Shown: piece by piece, positions 14,258 through 28,099 of the stretch
Position numbering within the stretch: position 1 is the stretch's first letter
Layout: every line of letters starts with the position of its first letter
Source of the DNA: Lama glama
Lineage: Eukaryota
NCBI GenBank assembly: GCA_028534125.1
Contig: CM052816.1
Location: 25,422,001 to 25,486,000, forward strand
Direction: 5' to 3'
Length of the DNA: 64,000 nt
Made by a program: the position numbers and the translations under genes
Notes under the pieces: generated by a model
Seen by the model: the letters and a program-made list of their open reading frames with translations, nothing else
Databases searched by the model: none
Told to the model about the DNA's origin: nothing

Positions 14258-15690
14258 TTGTTTTGCAGTATCCGGTCTTACATTTAGATCTTTAATCCAT
14301 TTTGAGTTTATTTTTGTATACGGTGTTAGGGAATGTTCTAATTTCAGTCTTTTACATATAGCTGTCTACTTTTCCCAGCACCACTTATTGAAGAGACTGT
14401 GTTTTTTCCATTGTATATTCTTCTTTGTTGTAGATTAATTGACTGTAAGTGCTTAGATTTATTTCTGGACTTTCTATCCTGTTACATTGATCTGTGTGTC
14501 TGTTTTTGTGCCAGTACCATACTGTTTTGATTACTAGCTTTGTAGTGTAGTCTAAAAACACAGAATATGATTCAGCCTTGTTCTTCTTTCTCAAGATTAT
14601 TTTGGCTATTTGGGGTCTTTCATGTTCCATATAAATTTTAAAAACTTTTGTTCCAGTTCTGTGAAAAATGCCTTTGGTAATTTGATAAGGGATTTCATTG
14701 AATCTGTATATTGCCTTGGGCAGTATGGCCATTTTAAGAATATTGAATCTTCCAATCCAAGAACATGGTTTATTTTTCCATCTGTTTGTGTTGTCTTCTA
14801 TTTCTTTCATCAGTGTCTTAGTTTTCGGAGTATAGGTCCTTTGCCTCCTTAGGTAGGTTTATTCCTAGGCATTTTATTCTTTTGATGTGATGGTAAGTGA
14901 GATTGTTCCCTTAATTTCTTTTTCCTCTATTTCACGGTTAGTATATAGAAATGCAGCTGATTTCTTTATATTAATTTTGTATCCTGCAACTTTACCAAAT
15001 TCATTGATGAACTTTACTAGTTTTTTGGTGGCCTCTTTAGGATTTTTTATGTATAGTATCACATCATCTGCGAACAGAGACAGTTTTACTTCTTCTTTTC
15101 CAATTTGGATTCCTTTTATTTCTTTTCCTTCTCTGACTGCTGTGGCTAGGCCTTCCAAAACTATGTTGAATAAAAGTGGTGAAAGTAAATATCCTTGTCT
15201 TTTTCCTGATCTTAGAGGAAATGCTTTCAGCTTTTCACCATTGAGAAAAATGTTGGCTGTGGCTTGTCTTATATGGCCTTTATTATGCTAAGGTATGTTC
15301 CCTCTATGCCCACTTTCTGGAGAGTTTTTATTATAAATGTTGAATTTTATCAAAATCTTTTTCTGTATCTATTGAGATGATGATTTGGCTTTTATTCTTC
15401 TGTTTGTTAATGTGATATATCACATTGATTGATTTGCAGATATTGAAATATCCTTGCATCCCTAGGATAAATCCCACTTGATCATGGTGTATGATCTTTT
15501 AAATTTATTGTTGGAGTCAATTTGCTAGTATTTTGTTGAGGATTTTTTGCATCTATATTCATAAGTGATATTGGCCTATAATTTTCTTTTTTTGTGATAT
15601 TTCTGTCTAGTTTTGGTATTAGGATAATTATGGCCTCATTGAGTTCGGAAGTGTTCCTTTGTCTGCAATTGTTTGGAATAGTTCAGAAGG
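14258..15690 (-). mobile_element. L1 ORF2 (RT domain) segment, inverted part of a 5'-inverted L1
   Basis: ORFs 14874-15158(-) [16 protein letters not shown] and 14385-14810(-) PCSWIGRFNILKMAILPKAIYRFN...KTVWYWHKNR; disrupted by stops and frameshifts. Confidence 0.96.
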
Positions 15691-15695
15691 GTACG

Positions 15696-16132
15696 CGTTG
15701 CAGCAATATGGGTTGGCCTAGAGATTATCATATCAAGTGAAGTAAGTCAAAGAAAGAAAGACAAGTATCATGTGATATCACTTATACATGGGATCTTTAA
15801 AAAAAAGAAAGATACAAATTCTATTTACAAACTAAAAACAGACTCACACACATAGAAAAACTATGGTTACGAAAGGGTAAAGTACAGGGAGGGATAAATT
15901 AGGGGTTGGAGATTAACAAATATACATTACTATATATAAAATAGATAAACATCAAGGACCTACTGTATAGCAAAGGAAACTATTCAATTTCTTGTAATAA
16001 TATATAATAGAAAAGAATCTGAAAAGAAAAAAATGTACATATATATGTATACGTATAACTGAATCACTTTGCTGTACACCTGACAATGTTACAACTAACA
16101 TTGTAAATCAACTACACTTCAATAAAAAAAAA
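15696..16132 (+). mobile_element. L1 ORF2 end, 3'UTR and poly(A) (cetartiodactyl-type)
   Basis: gcagcaatatgggttggcctagagattatc...gggagggataaattag...cctactgtatagcaaaggaaactattcaa...cttcaataaaaaaaa. Confidence 0.93.
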
Positions 16133-16994
16133 TTTTTTTAAGTCTTTTTGTTAATAGAGGTTGGAAAAATGCTGTTACCAGACAGATCACAGGGTTCTCA
16201 GATACCAAAGACAGAAGCGCTTTTTCCTATCAAAGGTAAACAAAAACAAACTCTTGAGCTCTGAAGTCAGAAGCAGATGTCCAGTATCCTTGGCCTATGG
16301 CCTACAAGCACTGTGGAGTACATGTATGTGGGCACTGTCCCATGAGCATTCCCTTGGGCTTGTAACTGCAGTACCATAGTGGGAGAGAACCAAAGGCTGA
16401 GAGCAGAATCCATCGCTTGTTCTTTGTATTTAATAATATAGAGATATATACAGTAAATGGTAAAGAGTTTATATTATAGGTTATATGTTCAGTTATTCTC
16501 CAAATATTATTTCATCATCTTTCCAAGATATTTCCAAAGTACAGAATAGTCATGTTGTTTGTATATGCAGATGCTCAGACCAGGTAGACTTTTAAGTGCC
16601 CAGAGAGGGTGCAGTTAGTTGAGCAGCTTGTTCATTCAGATTTCTGTCTGGATATGCCCTGTGCTGTATTGGATGCACATTATTTTGATTGACAGACCCT
16701 TACATGTAAATTCATGTACCTGGAAATTATGCCCTAAACCAAAGAAGAAAAGTTGATTTCATGTTACATGGCAACTTTAGTTCATCAATGTAGCTATCCA
16801 GAGGGTTATGTTGAAAAGAGTCAGATACTGTGGGCTCAGTGGAAAAGAAAGTGACATGGTCCATGTCTGCCATGGATAAAAAAGGGGAAAATGACAAGCA
16901 TTTGTGCCTTTATTTGCCATCCCTGTTTTAGTTTCCAGCAGCAGTTCCAAGTTTGGGTGTATACTAAGGGAGTATTTCAGAGTTTGTATCTTAT

Positions 16995-18595
16995 ATAATT
17001 TGCTTCATCAGTATTTCGTAGTTTTCAGTATACAAGACTTTCTTTTACACTCCTTAGTTAATTTTATTCAAAAGTGTTTTATTCTTTTTGGTGCTATTAT
17101 AAGTGGGATTTTTTTTCTGCATTTTCTTTTCGGATACTTCTTTGTTAATGTATAGAAAGAACTGATTTTTATGTCTTCATTTTGTATCCTGCAACTTTAC
17201 TGAATTTCTTCATTAATTCAAGCAGTTTTCTTGATGGGGTCTTTAGGGTTTTCTATATATAAGATCATATATTCTGTAAACAGAGACAATTTTGCTTTTC
17301 CTTTCTGATTTGGATGGCTTTTATTTCTTTTTTATTACCTAATTACTCTGGCTAGAACTTCAAGTAATACTTTGAATGGAAGTGATGAGAGTGGGCATCC
17401 TTAACTTATTCCTGATCTTAGAGAAGAAGCTGTTTTTCACCACTGAGTATAATGTTAGCTATAACTTTTAATATTAGGCCTTTATTATGCTGAGATACTC
17501 TCTTTCTGTTTTTAGTTTGTTGAGAGTTTTTGTCATAAAAGGGTGTTGAATTTTGTCTGTTTTTCTACATCTGTTGAGATGAGCATGTGATTTTATCCTC
17601 TGTTCGGTTAATGTAGTATATCACATTAATTGGTTTTCATATGTTGAACCATCCTTGTGTCCCTGAGATAAAATCCCATGAGTTCATGTTGTATTATCCT
17701 TTTAATGTGCTGTGGGATTCAGGCTGCAAATATTTTGTTGAGGACTTTTGCATCTATGTTCAGCAGTGATATTGACCTACAGGGTTATTTTTCCTTTGTG
17801 GTACCTGTCTATCTGATATAAAGGTAAGACTGGCCTCAGAGTTTGATATTGTTCCTTCTTCCTCAGTTTTTTGGGAAGAATTTGAGAAAGATTGGCATTA
17901 ATTCTTCTTCAAATGTTTGGTGGAATTTACCAGCAAAGCCATCTGGTCCTGGGCTTTTCTTTATTGGTTTTCGATTACTGCTTCAATCTTCATATTAGCT
18001 ATAGATCTGTTCAGATTTTCTACTTCTCCATGATTTAGTGTTGGTAGGTAATATGTTTCTAAGAATTTGTTGATTTCTTCTTTGTTATCCAGGTTGTTGG
18101 CATATGATTGTTCATATAGTCTCTTATGATCCTTTTCACTTCTGTGGCATCATTTGTAATCTCTTCTTTCATTTCTTATTTTATTGATTTGAGTGTTCTT
18201 TCTTTCTTTCTTAGTCTAGCCAAGGGTTTGTCAATTTTGCTTATCTTTAAAAAGAAACAATTCTTAATTTTGTTGTTTTTTTTCTATTTTTTATTGCATT
18301 TATTTCTGCTCTAATCATTATTTCCTTTTTTCTGCTAACTTTGGGCTTAGCTTGTTCTACTTCTTCTAGCTCCTTGAGGGGAAAGTTAGACTACTAATCT
18401 GACATCTTTCTTTATTTTTAATGTAGGCATTTATCACTATGAACTTCCCTCTTACTACTGCTTTTGCTGGTTGCCATATGTTTTGGTATATTATGTTTTT
18501 ATTTTCATTTTTCTCAAGGTAATTTTCTAATTTCCCTTATGATTTCTCCTTTGACTTTATGGTTGTTCAAGAGCATGGCCTCTAATTTCCACCTC
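16995..18595 (-). mobile_element. Older L1 ORF2 internal fragment
   Basis: Collinear with the ORF2 RT segment at 14810-15690 (e.g. ttttgtatcctgcaactttac, ttttgttgaggacttttgcatctat) and extends further 5'; no tail visible. Confidence 0.9.
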
Positions 18596-19619
18596 ATATT
18601 TTAAAATGATTCTGTTAGAGCCAGTTATTACAAAGATGCCTGAAGGAAAAAAAAAAAACAGAGACAAAGAGTTTTGATGTTTTCCAAATAACATGGAAAT
18701 GCAGGTCCATTATATAAAAATGAATTTAGTACACCTAGCCTCAGGAATTTATGATGAGAACTATAAATCTGACCTAAAGAGGACTTCACCCTAATATCAT
18801 TCCTCCTTAATGTTTATAAAATACCTAAGACAAACAATCCCAGCTTCATCCTTTTCTGTCCTGTTCTTGCTGGTTCAATAGTCCAGAGTCTAGTCTCATC
18901 ACCACCCCTGAGTCAACACTCTTATCCTACCCAGACTCTTTGTTAACCATTACTAATTAAAGACCTTTGGTCTCTGGCTACAGCATGATTTTTATGAGCT
19001 AGAGCTTAATCAGGCATATGGGGCTTAAGGTTTTCTATTTCTACATTAATGAATATGACACATATAATTACCTGTGTGCACAGTCTAAAAGGAAGAATAA
19101 GATATATACGTTGTAATATCTGCTTCTGGGTAATATAACTCATGTGCTGATTGTGTATAGTGAACAGTCCCCAGTTTTAGCAGCCAGATAAAGTTCCAAG
19201 TGATTCATAAAGAGAAGCAAAATTTTTCTTCACAATGGATATAATGATACCACTTGCGTTTATTATTTCCATGTATTAGTTCACTTGATTTTTGCAAAAT
19301 CGCAATGAGAGAGGCAGGGTTTTATCTTAGGATAAATGCAGAGCATATGTAGTTTGAATATTTGTAATGTTAACTTTTGAAAGAAGCCCTCCGTTTCATG
19401 ACATGAAATAACTGGCAGTTTTGCTGGGAGATAAAGTTCAACAGCATGCTCTGTAAGTCTGACTTGTTAGGATGAATAGAGCATGCTAGAGTAAGCCAGT
19501 GGATGTAAGGAATCCTAATTGAGAGTAAATACCCAAAGACAAATGAATTCAGTTGTAACTGTGCCCCCTACCCACTACAGTGGAATTCACAAAGCTTAAA
19601 AAAGCATAAAAATACCAGG

Positions 19620-19772
19620 AGAAATTTCTCATAAATATCAAGATGTAGACAAGAAGATTCAAAGAGATAAATAATTTCCTAAACTTTATCAGGTTAGAGT
19701 ATAGTAAAACTTGGACTAGAATCCTAATGCTGTAATTCTAGACCAAAATGTTTTCTTCTACTTCATGCTGCA
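19620..19772 (-). mobile_element. Degraded MIR
   Basis: Weak reverse-complement MIR core (gattcaaagagataaataatttcctaaa...actagaatcc). Confidence 0.45.
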
Positions 19773-20499
19773 GTCAGCACATAGCAGCTAGTATTACTGA
19801 GGGGGTGAAAAAAGGCCCTCTTTCAAAATCAGTGGGCTGAATCAAACACCATTCTGGCTGTGAGTGTATTAATTAAATCCAAATTGCATATTAGAGCAGA
19901 GAACTGACTACAACCCAAGATACATACCCTGGGGAGAGCTATCCCTGTGGGATGGAATGAAGAAGTGACAGAACGGGATCAGGAACCTATACAGTGGAGT
20001 AGGAAATTATAGCAAAATTTAGAGTTTAGAGAAGCCATGGATTCATAATTTGGCTGTAAGTTTGAAAAGTAATATGTTGAGGGATATTAACCAGATGAAA
20101 ACAATGTTTAGACAGGAGGAAACCTAGTTAGAGACACTGTAGGCAGAAACTCGCAGAGAATCACCTCTGAATATCTCTGTCAGTTGGGTCTTATTTCTCC
20201 AGTGCTGTGAAGTTGGAAAGAAATATCTCCAGTTCATACCAGGTTAAAGTGAGCTTTAAAAAAAGTAAAGTAAACTGAAAATCACTTGGAAAACCACATC
20301 TGCACCTAGTTATAGCATAGAACAGAAAGCCTGAATCTCATTTGATTTCCATGTAGGTAACATCCCCAGACTCACTCAGACTTGTAAAGTCTGTTTACAT
20401 TCTAAAGTGCTTACTCTGACTTGTACTAGAGAAGACATGGACAGAAGTCAGGGGATAATATAAAGAGAAACTGAAAGCGTAGAGATATATAGATGATGG

Positions 20500-20975
20500 G
20501 GAAGACTTTTGTGTTTTTCTAAATGCTTAACTCAGCTATTGAACATGTTTACCTAAATGGAACATCGAAAACCTCAAATTCAACCTGTCAAATATTTAAT
20601 GAAATGTGCTTTTGCTACATCTGCTTTTCCTTTTGCATTCCCGTCTCAGAGGAACTAGCAGCTACTATTCATCTCCCAAATTTCACAAAAAACAAAAACT
20701 AAATTTATCTCTGTGCAGTCCCTTACCCATTCCTTTAGATTCTTTACTATGAGTCTAGCTTGAGGCCCTCACCCCCTAGATTACTACAATAGTCACCCTA
20801 CTGGCCTTAGTTCCTCCAGTCCAGCCCCATACGTTTACTCACCACACTGCTGACAGAGTAGTCTTTATAGGTAATAATTTGATCCTGACAATTAACCATA
20901 TAAAATCTTCAAGAACAGCCCAACTTTTAAAAGATGTTTTAGAGTCTTTACTCTTTGGGACCTTTAATGACCTTC
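20500..20975 (+). mobile_element. L2 fragment
   Basis: cctcaaattcaacctgtcaaa...ctagattactacaatagtcaccctactggcc...ccacactgctgacagagt. Confidence 0.7.
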
Positions 20976-20979
20976 ATGA

Positions 20980-21095
20980 CCGTGGCTAAGTACATGGTCT
21001 CTAAAGTAGGCTATTTAGTTCAAATCCAAATTACACCAAGTTGTGTAACTTTGGGGAAATTATTTTTTTGTGTTCTCTCTCATTCATCTGTAGTT
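20980..21095 (+). mobile_element. MIR fragment
   Basis: gtggctaag...gttcaaatcc...tgtgtaactttggggaaatt...catctgta. Confidence 0.6.
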
Positions 21096-21149
21096 GAAAT
21101 TATCAAGTATATGGAATGTGTTTGAAGAAATGTTTTTAAAGAAGATGGA

Positions 21150-23430
21150 AAGAAGTGAGTATCAAGCAAAAGATTATGATAAATTTACCAAACAGATTTT
21201 AAAAATAACCAAATAGAATATAAATTTTAAAATTCTGAAATCTATAAAATTAATGTTTTAAGTTACAAATACAAAAAAAATGTATCTAACACTGGCAATC
21301 AAAATCCAGCAGTATTTAAAATATAGCACAACATGGCTGAGTTGGATTTATAACAAGAGGTACTCGAAGATTGATTTCCTAACTAGTGTTAGCGAAATGA
21401 TTAATTACATTAATTACAAATCATATGATCACTCTGATAGAAGCAGGAAAAATAGTTGATAAAATTTAACTTTTAATCATCATTTTTAAAAAATAAAGCT
21501 CCTGGTAAACCAGGAATAGTGGAAAACTTCCTTAATTTGGTAAAGAGCGACTAGAAACAGTTTGTAAACATCCTGTATGACGAGGAAACACTGCAATCAC
21601 CTTTTACTTTCAAAAAAAAGGACAGGTATGCCCTAAATTACCATTTCTATTCATAATTTAAAAGTGAAAAAAAATGCTAGATTCAGAAATACATACACAA
21701 AAATTAAATGCATTTCTACGTATCAGAAACAAGTGTAAAAATTATGTATATCATTTTTAATGGATAACATTTAAAATATCATCTAAGAAATCTATAAAAT
21801 AAGATAAACCTAACAAAAAATAAGACCTTCAGGGGAAATTTTTATAATTTCAATAAAGGAAATGAAAGAAAACTTACATAAATGAAGGGATACAGCATGT
21901 TCATTGAGTAGAAGACTAAATAGTATTAAAAAATCAGTTCTGCCACAATTCATCAACACACTACAATTATAATCAAAATTCTGACACATTTCTGATAGAT
22001 ACATATGGGTATGTGTAAGGAACTTGAAAGAGTGATTCTAAATTGATACAGAAGGAATTGAGAATATTGAAGAAACTCATCAAGAAAAACCAGATGGGAG
22101 GTTCTTATCTTACCAGATATTCTGACTTACTAGAATGCTAATTTTTAAAGGATTGTTATTGGAGCAAGAATAGGCAAATAACCAATGGAACAGAGTGGAC
22201 GGAATAGAGAAACAGATTAAGACCTGAATCCTTCTGCCACCATACTCGGCCCAAAAAATGAGAATGAAATCGCACCTTATTACCATTATTAACATGAATC
22301 TGCTTTCCACTGTCTTCATAGAATTACCTTACTCCTCCAGGACTCTCCAACCAAGTGAATGGCGTGATTGTTTATCACAGGAACTTCCCCAGTGACCCAA
22401 CAATTCTCAGATGGAAAACATTGACAGTTTACACCCTAAGATGTTTTGAAATCCTTACCTCAAAATCCTCCTCTTGCCTTTTTCCGCATTTGTGGACTGC
22501 TGTGATTTTTACCCTAATGAAATCTCCACAGTGGAAGAGCAGCCTTAAACCAAACTTCCAGCTCTCAGTAACCTCTGGCTTTCCTTTGTTCACTTTAAGG
22601 TGCTGCCAAAGTTTTGTGAGGTGGTGTTTTCTCATACCACAAAAAGCAGTAGACTTAGATTTTTCTCTTTTTTGGGTGATATTTGGGAAGCCCAATTTCA
22701 GCATTAGCTATATTTGTACAGAGACTTGATTTCTAGCTGAGCTGGCATGGCAGATCAGTAAGGAAATAGATGATTGACTTTCAATACAGTGCTGGAATAA
22801 TTGAATTTTATCCTTATAGAAAACTACAAAGTTAGACCACTTTGTATTATGCACAACAATCAATTTAAAAGGATATTAAATACCTACATGTAAAAAGCAA
22901 AACTGTAAAAATGTTAGAAGACAATAGAGAAGAATATGCTTATGCTCTCAGGATAAGGAAGGTTGTTTAAACAAGATACAAGAAACCCAAAATATAAGAG
23001 ACAAGATTGATTAACTTTATTAATACTGAAAATTCTAGTTTATCAAAATTCATCACAAAGTGAAAAGACAAGTCACAGATTTAGAGAAGGAAGCAACACA
23101 TAACACATAAAGATTCAGAATCAAGAGCAAGAAGGAATTCCTACTCATCAATAAGAAAAAAAATAACAGGAGGCACATAATAGGAGAAGAAAATAAGCAT
23201 ATGAAAAGATGCTTAATGTCATTTATAATAAGAAAAATGCAAATAAAAACTACTAGGAAATTAATTTACACAAAACAGACAGGCAAAAATTTTAAAATCA
23301 TGTATTATCAAATGTTGGCAAGAATGTAGACAGGACTCTTACGCTGTCAGTTGGGCTTGCAAATACATAGAACCACTTTGGAAGATGATTTGACACTATC
23401 TGACATACGATACACTTATCCTATTCCAGA
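21150..23430 (+). mobile_element. Ancient L1ME-like ORF2 remnant, split by an LTR
   Basis: A-rich sense L1 wording (catatgatcactctgatagaagcaggaaaa; aatgaagggatacagcatgttcattg; accaatggaacaga; aagcatatgaaaagatgctt). Confidence 0.8.
22222..22702 (+). mobile_element. ERV1 LTR, MER34-like
   Basis: Interrupts the L1; ends ggtgatatttgggaagcccaatttcagca, resembling the MER34 terminus and the copy at 32995. Confidence 0.65.
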
Positions 23431-24974
23431 ACAAGTTTTAAACTATTTTCATATTATTCTTTTTCAAACATTTTAGTGATTTGCTTTATGATTGTTTCTG
23501 AAAAGCAGAGGAGGCAAACATGAAAATATATTTTTAAGTCTTCTAAGCCTTTAAATGGTCCAGTTCTCCACTTTAGCATCCATTCTCCAACCAGCCTCTA
23601 GTTCCTCAGCACGAGGTTGAGATAGAAAGAAGAGAAAGGAGCAGGAAAGAGAAATTTTCTTTTCTATTAAGAGCTGTACATACTAATTTTAAAGAGCCTA
23701 GAGATTTTATTTATCCTCTAGATCTTACAGTCCTGAACTAGGTACCAATTGGAGAAGTTAAACATTGAGAAGAGGGGAGCAGTGATTCATCAGTGCCTTG
23801 GTCTGCAGCCATTCCAGTAACTATCCATCTGTCTCTTTGACACTGTTTGGGGAGGTGGATGGAGCCATACTGTCCAGTCAACCAGTCAGGTCTCTTTCTT
23901 TAAACCAGTAGAAGAAAAATCCAAGGGAGGTTCTTTACCACTTCATACTTGTATAGAGATGTTTTATTTTGGCTGAGTGAAGGCCCAGTAAAGGCTGCTA
24001 TTTCTCCATTATTTCTTCCTCTGCTCTCAATTCCCATAGCCGTTTGTACCACTAACAGGACACTTATTGGAGTTAGAGGGATACTGCAGATTTCTGTCCT
24101 GCCAAATTGCAGACCTTTTTAGGGCATCTTCACATCCCTTAACACAATGCCTTGCAGGTAGTTTGCCCCAAAGTGATGCTCTCCCAGTTGAGACCATTCA
24201 CCAACTATCATAGCTTCAAGTGGCATTATCTGAATTATAGTGCCCAATTTCTGCCTTCCTGCTAGTGAAGAGCAGGTTGGTAGCAAGGGTTTTTGAGTCA
24301 TGTTGTCTGTCTCCTAATGCAGAGATCCTCATGTAGAGAATAGTAGCAAAGAACCTCAGATGAATCTGAATCAATCCTTATAAGAATTTCACTTTCGTAA
24401 AACCTCACAGTTTTCCCAATTCGTGATCTCCCATCTACTAAATGGTATATGAAAGGATATTAAATGCCTCTTGTAAATAACAGCATGATGATATTTTGAA
24501 AAGAAAAGACACCTGGGAAAAAAGTTGTCAGCATATCTTGTGTAGACTCTATACCTATTGGTACTCTTTCTTCCAGGTAGCATTCCTGCATTTCAAGCTG
24601 AAGCCATTATCTTACCAAGAAAAATAGGGTACATGGCTGTCACCTTGGAATTAAATTAAGTAAATGATGCCCTAATGGCCTAAAAGAATTAATAGATCTC
24701 TAACATGTGAGCCATTTCCTTCAGGGAAATAAGGTCCTTATTAATCTGGACAAAAGATTCGTGAAAAAAAGGCAGGTGTCAGGAATGTGATCCCGTTTTG
24801 GGGATGGAGCAAGCAAGACAGAGGAAATTGAAATGACTGACCTTTGTCTTAAAAGGAGACGGGTGTCAGAACTAATTACATAGACCATTTTGGCTTCCTA
24901 TTTTAAATTGTCACACTTCAACAATTAGAAATCACTTATGCTCTCAGTGCTATATTAATTTGTACTTACAGTCA

Positions 24975-25135
24975 CAGACTCAGAAACTATCGGATGTAGA
25001 AGCAGCCTTGGAGGCCAACCTCTTCACTTTTCAGATGAGAAACCTGATACCTAGAGATGTGATAAAATTTTTCCAAAGTCATACATCCAGAACTCAAAGT
25101 CTGACACTAAATTTGATACTTTTTCCTACAGGGAT
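24975..25135 (-). mobile_element. MIR/MIR3 fragment
   Basis: ccaacctcttcacttttcagatgagaaacctgatacctagagatgtga...ccaaagtcatac. Confidence 0.7.
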
Positions 25136-25153
25136 GCTATATTTTGGATAAAG

Positions 25154-25253
25154 ATAAACATTTTCATTTCTTTTAAAATTATTTTTTATAATAAACATTT
25201 TCATTTCTTTTAAAATTATTTTTTATAATAAACATGTATAATAAACATGTATA
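25154..25253. repeat. Perfect 2 x 37-bp plus 2 x 13-bp tandem duplications
   Basis: ataaacattttcatttcttttaaaattattttttata at 25154-25190 and 25191-25227; ataaacatgtata at 25228-25240 and 25241-25253. Confidence 0.97.
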
Positions 25254-25294
25254 TATATGAATTTTTAAAGTAAGTTGCATGATTTTCAAATGTG

Positions 25295-25570
25295 CTCTCC
25301 TTATGCAACATCATTTCCAGGATGCCTTTTCTGATATTAGCACTTCTACCCAAATACCTACATAAATACACACTCCACCACTGAAGTACACCCTCTCCTT
25401 AGGGTAGCTGTAATACCCATGCATACTTGATCATTACATTAAACATATTTACAAAGTTCTGTTCATACGTCTGACACCCCTACAATACTGTTAGTCCATT
25501 GACTTTAGAAACTGGGTCTCACTCAGCTTTATACCCCAAAATCTTAACACAAAGTAAACATTGTTGAAGG
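25295..25570 (+). mobile_element. L2 3' fragment
   Basis: gtctgacacccctacaatactgttagtcc...ctttataccccaaaatcttaacaca...tgttgaa. Confidence 0.6.
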
Positions 25571-26037
25571 ATTTAATTATTTGTAATTTATGCATGACAG
25601 GACAACATTCTATAAATGACCCATGATATATTGGAAACTACTTAACCTTTTAGGTGATTTAATAAACAACATACCTTGGGTCTTCTGGAAAAAAGATCTC
25701 CTAAGAGAGTTAAATAAATAGCAGCATCTCTTCCCTCCATCTCAAAGAAAGAAACATCCTATGGCTTGTCAAATCCATCTCCTCCATCTGGATGTAGAAT
25801 CTTAGAGCATTATATGGGCATTATTTTATTAGGCATTCCTGGATCCTCAGTCTTTCCATTCATGTATTGCCCTCCGACTCCCTACAAACAGACTTAGAAC
25901 TTTTGCCTTTACCTTCTGTCCCCATTAAAATACTACTCTGTTTTTCTCTCTTTGACCTCAAACCCTAGTGATCTATATTCCTTATTGCTACTTATTGAGT
26001 GTTCATTTTTCTTTTCTCCATTATATATTTGATGCAC

Positions 26038-26072
26038 TGAATGAATGAATGAATGAATGAATGAATGAATGA
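26038..26072. repeat. (AATG)n microsatellite
   Basis: Direct reading. Confidence 0.95.
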
Positions 26073-27199
26073 CTATGAGATCTTCAAAGTCTAAGCTTGC
26101 CCAGTTGATCCTCCAGGCCCAGTTGCCTCAACCTGTTTCCTGGACCCTTTCTGGTCTGACAGTTCCTCTTGATTCACATCTGTCTGTAGCCTTTTTTGTT
26201 TCCTAGAAATGATGACTGGTTCTCGTTCTTAGGTTTTAACCCTGCTTTTGAGTCCTGTTTAATTGGGGAGCATGGTGAGGGGTGGTTTTAACCACTCTGG
26301 TAGAAACTTAACATGATATAACTCACTCTCAAGGGACCTAAACCAAAGCACGAGTCTTCCTTACAGGCTTCTTTGAACAGTTGGTCCCAGCATCACCACA
26401 AAACAGATCAGAAATAAAACCTCATCAAGGTAAAAGAAGAAAAAAAAAAGTGAAGGGATAAAATTGACAAAATTCGTTCTTTAATTTAGAATACTAGAAT
26501 ATCATCTGACATAGAAAGCTCTCTTCTTATCCTCTCTACCCCAGGTCAAACTAAAAGTTTCTAGAGCTGTTTTGTGTTAGCCAGGGACTCCCTGGGATTA
26601 GGTGTTCTCAGTAGTGGGAGCTGCCCCCACAACTCCTGGCTTCTTTTGAGTCTTCCTTTCCTTCTTTGAACCCTCAGCCAAAAGCCCCCTCTGCTCTGGC
26701 CACGTCAACCTTCTGAGGGTTATGGAACTGTCTGCTTTATTTTCTGAGCTGCTCTCCAGGGTCTTAAGGGTACCAGCACAGCCACAGGGATGGCCACATC
26801 AGCTACCCTGATGTGGAAATACCCACAGTAGCTGTTGCCTATATGCCAGAAACAACACAATTTACTTACAATTCAACTAAGGCACCTAACCAGCAGCATG
26901 ACCTTGGGTAAAGGTTCTTAACTTTAATGAGCCTTAGCAGACAAACTAGATATAATAATACCTACATTGGTATTATAATAAGTAGGCAAATTTTGATCAA
27001 AGTGCCAGCAAATGGAATAGGTTAAAGAAGTAGTTGTTATTTCACTTTATGTGATTTCTGATGTTATGAATACCATAGCAAGTAGAAACGTTTGCGTATC
27101 TTCTCTGACCTCTGTCCCAGTATCTGACTACAGGAGTTAAAGATGTCTCACACATACGTAAACCTTGTGAAGTCATGTGTCAGATTTTGTCTCTTTTAT

Positions 27200-27450
27200 C
27201 AATTTCATTCATTGTATAAATTTAGCTCTGTATCATATTTATTCATTAACTTGAGAAATAATTATGTGCCTGTAATGCTCAAGGTCTTATGCTAGCCACT
27301 GGAGATAGAATTGTAAACAAGATAAACAATATCATTGTCTTCGTGAGGTTTTGGAGCCTATGGAAGGGTTACCGGGCTTCTAAAGGTGGACATGAAGACA
27401 GGGCAAGTACCACAGCCAAAGCAAACTGCATATGAGAAGGCCTATGTGTC
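27200..27450 (-). mobile_element. L2 3' fragment
   Basis: attcatt...atgctagccactggagatagaattgtaaacaagata. Confidence 0.6.
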
Positions 27451-28099
27451 AGCAGAGTTTTCTTCTGCTAGGTGACCCTGGTTCCCCAGATAGCACAAGA
27501 GGAATAGCTGTGGTCTTGGCTACTGATTGATTTGATATGTTAAAAGTGCTGACCTACCTTTGAAATCCAAGAAAGTGAAATAGGACTCTTAGGTACCAGA
27601 AATTCTAATGAAGCCTTTATTCTTATATGACAGTAGCCATTTATGGTGGGATAGTAACAGGTGGAACCAAGACTGTCCACTTCTCAAAAGATTCAATTAG
27701 GAAAGCCATGCTCTGCATCCTCATACTAATTCAGATTTCCTGGCTCCCTCCCTCTAACAGACAAAGAATCTGGCTTAAGTATCAAAGGAGTGTCATAAAA
27801 TTCACAAGTTTTGCTTCTTCTTGCATTTAATAAATCCCCAGTGATTTCTATGAAGCTAATTCTGCATAAGCCCCTTTTCATATATTACATGTAGAGGGGT
27901 ATTGGTGTTGTGGGGGCAGCTCGAGGGTTTGGACTGTAAGCACAAAGGCAAGCAGGAGTCTTCAGCCTCACCTAAGAAGCCAGTATGGATGGCAAAAAAT
28001 GAGTATGAAGGGAAAGTGGAAGGAGATAAAACTGATGGGATAAAGGTGGGTAATATTATGTAAAACATATGCCCATGTTAAAAAAAAAAATTGAGTCTT

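Noticed and set aside
13914..14438. Longest ORF in the track (174 aa)
   Set aside because: Runs across an L2 tail, unique DNA and antisense L1; a chance open frame.
14385..15158. Novel reverse-transcriptase gene or system
   Set aside because: Ordinary L1 ORF2 RT (FADD motif) broken by stops and frameshifts.
25154..25253. CRISPR-like 37-bp repeats
   Set aside because: Adjacent copies without spacers, in mammalian DNA with no cas genes.
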